Shown here: piece after piece, positions 59,582-64,000 of the stretch | Position numbering within the stretch: the stretch's first letter is position 1 | Layout of the letters: each line of letters starts with the position of its first letter | From: a bacterium | GTDB taxonomy: Bacteria; Zhuqueibacterota; Zhuqueibacteria; Residuimicrobiales; Krinioviventaceae | Length of the DNA stretch: 64,000 nt | NCBI GenBank assembly: GCA_963675755.2 | Contig: CAXXMD010000003.1 | Location: 2,432,001 to 2,496,000 of the forward strand | Direction: 5' to 3' | Program-made: the position numbers and the translations under genes | The notes under the pieces: generated by a model | The model's database searches: none | Told to the model about the DNA's origin: nothing | The model's input: the letters and a program-made list of their open reading frames with translations, nothing else

Positions 59582-60562
59582 ATGTTTGGGTTGAAATGGA
59601 TTGTTATTATGGGGCTGGGTCTGCTCTCTGTTTGTGATTTCAGCGAACCGGTCGTACCGGATGATAATATGGATTATCGTCAGCAAATGCGACGCTTTGT
59701 AATGGATTTGAGCCTGTATGCAAAACTGCGTTCAACGGGATTTGTTATTATTCCTCAAAATGGTCAGGAATTGATTGCCGTAAACGGAGATACGGATGCT
59801 GAACTGGTAAAGGATTATCTGCGTTTTATTGATGGTACCGGACGTGAAGATCTGTTCTACGGATATGATAATGATAATGCAGCTACACCCGCGGATGAGC
59901 GTGATTATATGCTGGCACATTGTGATAATTGTGAGCAAAGTGATGTTGAGGTGCTGGTGATTGATTATTGTTCTACACATTCTAAAATGGACGATTCATA
60001 TCAGAAAAGCCGGGAACACGGATTTATCTCTTTTGCCGCACCCGAGCGGGATCTCAATATTATTCCTGATTATCCACAGCAGCCTTTTGGGGTGAATGAT
60101 AACGACATACATACCCTGGGGGATGCAAAAAACTTTCTCTATCTCATTAATCCTGAGAATTTTACATCAAAACAAGAGTTTATCGATGCGGTTTCAAAAA
60201 CGGATTATGATCTGCTGGTAATGGACTGCTTTTTTAATGACGAGGTGTTCTCTCAAAATGAACTGGACCAATTAAAGCAAAAAGCCAATGGCGGTGTGCG
60301 GTTGGTTATATCTTATATGAGTATTGGCGAAGCAGAGGATTACCGGTATTACTGGCAGGAGGCGTGGAACACCAAACCCCCGGATTGGCTGGATAAGGAG
60401 AATCCCGATTGGGAAGGCAATTACAAGGTCAAATACTGGCAGCGGGAATGGCAGTCCGTGATCTTTGGCAGTGACTCATCCTATCTGGATATTATTCTCA
60501 ATTCGGGTTTTGATGGTGTATATCTGGATATTATTGATGCGTTCGAGTATTTTGAGGATTGA
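59582..60562 (+). CDS. GH114/TM1410-like endo-alpha-1,4-polygalactosaminidase-type protein (start uncertain)
   Basis: IIPQNG, REDLFYG, SYMSIGEAEDYRYYW, GFDGVYLD. Confidence 0.8.
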   Translation: MFGLKWIVIMGLGLLSVCDFSEPVVPDDNMDYRQQMRRFVMDLSLYAKLRSTGFVIIPQNGQELIAVNGDTDAELVKDYLRFIDGTGREDLFYGYDNDNAATPADERDYMLAHCDNCEQSDVEVLVIDYCSTHSKMDDSYQKSREHGFISFAAPERDLNIIPDYPQQPFGVNDNDIHTLGDAKNFLYLINPENFTSKQEFIDAVSKTDYDLLVMDCFFNDEVFSQNELDQLKQKANGGVRLVISYMSIGEAEDYRYYWQEAWNTKPPDWLDKENPDWEGNYKVKYWQREWQSVIFGSDSSYLDIILNSGFDGVYLDIIDAFEYFED

Positions 60563-60760
60563 TGGTTATGCCCAACCTCCCGGAGGCACATCTGCTAATC
60601 GTCATCAAAGTATTGAAAAATTAAAAATATCCACATTTCTATTGATTTAATCTCTTTTAATTTCTTAATTACATAACCAATAAATTGTATGTCATTTTTC
60701 CTCTTCCGGACAACATATCCTGATCGTAATTGTAAAGTTAATAAACCTGTAGGAGCGAAT

Positions 60761-60964
60761 ATGAACAAGCAAAAGTTTATCGTGGGGTATTATATTATTG
60801 CCAGTGCAATAATTTGGGGTGCTACCATATTGGGCTGTGCTTACAAGCTCAAAGGCACCGGGTGTTATCAGGAAATTTCTTATATCCTTTCTTCTGCGGC
60901 GGGTATACATCTCATTATGATCTGGGGACCCCTGGCAGCACAAATGAAAAAACAAAAAGAGTAA
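60761..60964 (+). CDS. Small two-TM membrane protein
   Basis: AGGAG RBS; two hydrophobic segments. Confidence 0.6.
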   Translation: MNKQKFIVGYYIIASAIIWGATILGCAYKLKGTGCYQEISYILSSAAGIHLIMIWGPLAAQMKKQKE

Positions 60965-61005
60965 ATATTAGATGCTTTTTAACCTGAAACACGAGGTTGT
61001 TTGAT

Positions 61006-61332
61006 ATGAAAAAATCCGTTTTGGGATTAATTACAGGTACGGTACTGGGTTTGCTGGATGGGGCATCTGCCATATTTATCCCTGAAGCCAGAGAAATGCT
61101 GTCATTTATTATTATCTTTGCAGCTCTGAAAGGTACCGTAACTGGCTTGCTCAGCGGCATTGCAAGCAAGAAATTGAAAAAAACAGCGCCATGTGTACTG
61201 GTAGGAGGAGGGATTGGATTGATTTTATCTTTTCTTACTGCTTTGCAATCCGGTTCGTTTATGGATATTCTAGTCCCCGGTACGGTGTTGGGATTGGTTG
61301 TTGGGTATGTTACCGCCAAATGGGGAAGATAG
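61006..61332 (+). CDS. Small Gly-rich four-TM membrane protein
   Basis: GAGG RBS; GxxxG-rich hydrophobic helices. Confidence 0.7.
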   Translation: MKKSVLGLITGTVLGLLDGASAIFIPEAREMLSFIIIFAALKGTVTGLLSGIASKKLKKTAPCVLVGGGIGLILSFLTALQSGSFMDILVPGTVLGLVVGYVTAKWGR

Positions 61333-61358
61333 AAAAAAAGACTGAAATGGGAGGAGAA

Positions 61359-63014
61359 ATGAAATATTTTTATGTTATTTTGTTAATCTCGGTTTTAGCG
61401 GTCACTCCGGTTTTCTCTGCAATCTATGTCGCTCCGGACGGAAGCGATGCCAATCCCGGGACCCTTGAACAGCCCCTCGAGTCTATTCAACATGCGCAAA
61501 CCCTGGCCAGTGCGGGCGATACGGTTTATATTCGCGGCGGCAGCTATGTTGTGCGGGAGGACCAGATCTCTAAAATAGAACAGAACCTGTTTGCCTGTAT
61601 CAGTTTTCTGGATAAAAGTGGAAGCGAGGGACAAACTATCAATTACTGGGCGTATCCCGGAGAAACGCCGGTTTTTGATTTTTCGGCAGTCAAACCTGAG
61701 GGAAGGCGAGTAGTGGGTATCTGGGTTTCCGGAGATTATATCCACATCAAAGGATTAGAGATGATTGGGGTACAGGTGACCATCACGTCGCATACGGAAT
61801 CTTATTGCATTTATAGTTGGGGAGATCACAATATATTTGAATTGATCAGTATGCACGATAATAAAGGTACCGCGTTACGCCATCGGACCGGTGGCGACAA
61901 TCTGTTCTTGAATTGCGATGCTTACCGCAATCATGACAATGTCTCCGAAGACGGCATGGGCGGCAATACGGACGGATTTGGCTGTCATCCCAAATCGGGT
62001 GGTACTGGTAATGTGTTTAGAGGGTGCCGCGCCTGGTTCAACAGCGATGATGGATTTGATACCATCCGTTCCAGCGAATCCATTGTGTTTGAAAATTGCT
62101 GGTCATTTTATAACGGCTATTCCACCTCGTTTGCCAGTCTGGGAGACGGTACCGGATTCAAGGCCGGTGGCTATGCGTATGACACAGAAGACAGGATTCC
62201 GAATCCTGTTCCCCGTAATACGGTCCGGTTTTGTATTGCGGTACGTAACAAGGCAAATGGATTTTACTCGAACCACCACCTGACCGGTAATGACTGGTAC
62301 AACAATACCGGCTATCAGAATGCGGTCAATTTTAATATGGTCAACCGCGAGAGCGCCCAGTCGGAAAATATCAACGCGCAGGGATATGACCATGTGTTAA
62401 TTAACAATCTGAGTTACAAGGGACGCAGTGCGGGAACTGCGTATCTGGATACCACACAAAACACCGCGCACCACAATTCTTTTGATTTGTCCATCATCCT
62501 GACCGATGCTGATTTTATGAGCCTGGATGAAGACCAGCTTACTGCACCCCGTAAAGCAGATGGCAGCCTGCCCGATATTGATTTTATGCGCCCGGTTGTG
62601 GGCAGTGCACTTATAGACGCAGGCATGGATATTGGATTTGAATACCTGGGCAATGCACCGGAATTGGGAGCGTTAGAGGTGGACCCCACAACAAAGGTTT
62701 TGAATGAAGAACCGGTTATACCCATGGAGTTTGATTTGTACCAAAACTATCCCAATCCTTTTAATCCTCAAACCACACTGCGGTATCGGTTAAACAAACC
62801 GGGACTTGTTACATTGTCTATACATAATACGCTGGGCCAGCAAATCCGTACGCTTGTACAGCAGGAGCAGCTGCCGGGGGAGTATTGTTGCTCGTGGAAC
62901 GGGAGTGATGATACCGGGCAGCCTCTGTCCTCAGGAATCTATTTTTACCGGTTGTCCGTTGCAAGCGCGTTGGGAACGCGATTGGTGGAGAAAAAGATGC
63001 TGTTACTTCGATAA
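61359..63014 (+). CDS. PL9-family polysaccharide lyase (beta-helix) with T9SS-type/FlgD-Ig tail
   Basis: YVAPDGSD.NPGT, NTDGFGCH, NSDDGFD, GDGTGFKAGG, LYQNYPNPFNP tail; GGAGG RBS. Confidence 0.88.
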   Translation: MKYFYVILLISVLAVTPVFSAIYVAPDGSDANPGTLEQPLESIQHAQTLASAGDTVYIRGGSYVVREDQISKIEQNLFACISFLDKSGSEGQTINYWAYPGETPVFDFSAVKPEGRRVVGIWVSGDYIHIKGLEMIGVQVTITSHTESYCIYSWGDHNIFELISMHDNKGTALRHRTGGDNLFLNCDAYRNHDNVSEDGMGGNTDGFGCHPKSGGTGNVFRGCRAWFNSDDGFDTIRSSESIVFENCWSFYNGYSTSFASLGDGTGFKAGGYAYDTEDRIPNPVPRNTVRFCIAVRNKANGFYSNHHLTGNDWYNNTGYQNAVNFNMVNRESAQSENINAQGYDHVLINNLSYKGRSAGTAYLDTTQNTAHHNSFDLSIILTDADFMSLDEDQLTAPRKADGSLPDIDFMRPVVGSALIDAGMDIGFEYLGNAPELGALEVDPTTKVLNEEPVIPMEFDLYQNYPNPFNPQTTLRYRLNKPGLVTLSIHNTLGQQIRTLVQQEQLPGEYCCSWNGSDDTGQPLSSGIYFYRLSVASALGTRLVEKKMLLLR

Positions 63015-63424
63015 ACCTTTATTTAAGGGTTGCAGGATTACCCTGATTTGATAGTATCACCGGTGCTTCGATATGTCCGTCCTTTGGACAGCCTACTCAG
63101 CAACCGGTTTATGATTGATTGGAACGGAGATAAATTCAACCTCCGGGAGGTCAGGACCTCCCGGAGGTGAGTCTATAAATAAGGAAAGTTGGCTCCAAAC
63201 TGTGCTTGGAGAAAATTGAGTAATGCACAAATAATTAATTTATTGATATTTGCACAGCAGTGCTTTACACCATAGTTCCTTCGCTACTATAATTGTTTAA
63301 TTTTGGGCAATGAGGACCACTTGATTTCGGACCTTCGGCCCGACGCGGCGCATAAAGGCGCCGCACTCCAAAAATACATTTTTGAATGATCGTGACGGAG
63401 ATAAGCAAAGCGTTCTCCGTCACG
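63015..63424. repeat. Extended mosaic of at least six distinct palindromic REP-like modules
   Basis: Modules at 63015-47, 63059-108, 63139-68 (perfect 13-bp stem), 63193-211, 63345-72 and 63388-424. Confidence 0.75.
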
Positions 63425-63584
63425 GAAGAATGAGTGAAATTTGTGCTTGCATATTATTTTTAAAAAGAGTTAATTGGGAATATCGACAAAATGCAATGGG
63501 GAATTGTTTAAATTTAACTCCATAATTTTTTTTATTTTAAAAGATTTTTAAATTCATAATGTGGAATTCATGTTAGGAGTGGAA

Positions 63585-64000
63585 ATGAAAAAGTCATTAC
63601 TATTAGTGTTTGTCTTGTTATTTGTTACCGGATGTGCATCTACAAAACAAAAATTCCTTGTTGATGAAGATGTTGATCCCATTGTTTCAGATTTGAAGAT
63701 CAAATCAATTTTTATTCATGATAATCGTAAAGGTGTTAGTGATCGAAAATTAAATTTACCAACTTTTTCATGGCCCGGTCAGCACGATCAGGTAAAGCCG
63801 CGTTTAACCGATGAACATGAAACGTTAATTAAAACTGAAATTAACAAGTATTTATCACAAAACGGGCCGGATGTTGAAATAATTGTATATATTGAAGACG
63901 GGACCAAGGAATTTAATGCTACCTGGGCTGGCGAGAAAGAAACAGTCGAGTTAAGTTTGAAAATTGATATCCATGATGGACTACATGTACCTTATTTATG
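63585..64000 (+). CDS. Hypothetical lipoprotein, 3'-truncated by the window
   Basis: AGGAG RBS; MKKSLLLVFVLLFVTGC lipobox; frame open to the window end. Confidence 0.7.
   Translation, partial: MKKSLLLVFVLLFVTGCASTKQKFLVDEDVDPIVSDLKIKSIFIHDNRKGVSDRKLNLPTFSWPGQHDQVKPRLTDEHETLIKTEINKYLSQNGPDVEIIVYIEDGTKEFNATWAGEKETVELSLKIDIHDGLHVPYL

Noticed and set aside
34205-63424. CRISPR array or integron attC sites as the explanation for the palindromes
   Set aside because: No regular repeat-spacer periodicity, no cas or intI gene, and no RYYYAAC...GTTRRRY boundaries.

Overview
Bacterial chromosomal window, probably from an FCB-group lineage such as KSB1/Calditrichota. This is inferred from four proteins with T9SS-type/FlgD-Ig C-terminal tails, a PorV-like barrel and an alpha2-type GlyRS. 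Layout: (1) two tandem, near-identical giant surface proteins (ASH/Ig stalk, SdrD-B repeats, GH99-like domain, FN3, sorting tail); (2) an AT-rich three-gene orphan cluster; (3) a transglutaminase-like gene, a PorV-like gene and a motif-degenerate ABC ATPase; (4) a housekeeping block (pfp, pheA, envC, frameshifted holB, ricT, metG, tatD, rsmA, mgtE, recO, glyQS); (5) an accessory region (ppk2, DUF1593, esterase, GH43, BrnTA) interspersed with palindromic repeats; (6) ilvD-ilvB-leuC-leuD behind an Ile/Leu/Val-rich leader; (7) MCP, PhoD, ABC-F, sulfatase, pirin, a permuted GH114-like protein and PL9. No rRNA, tRNA, CRISPR array, transposase or integrase was recognised. The strongest unexplained signal is a set of intergenic mosaics of several palindromic REP-like modules. 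They recur in a conserved order, show compensatory substitutions, and directly flank single-gene or toxin-antitoxin cassettes. All family assignments come from motif recognition by eye, not from database searches.
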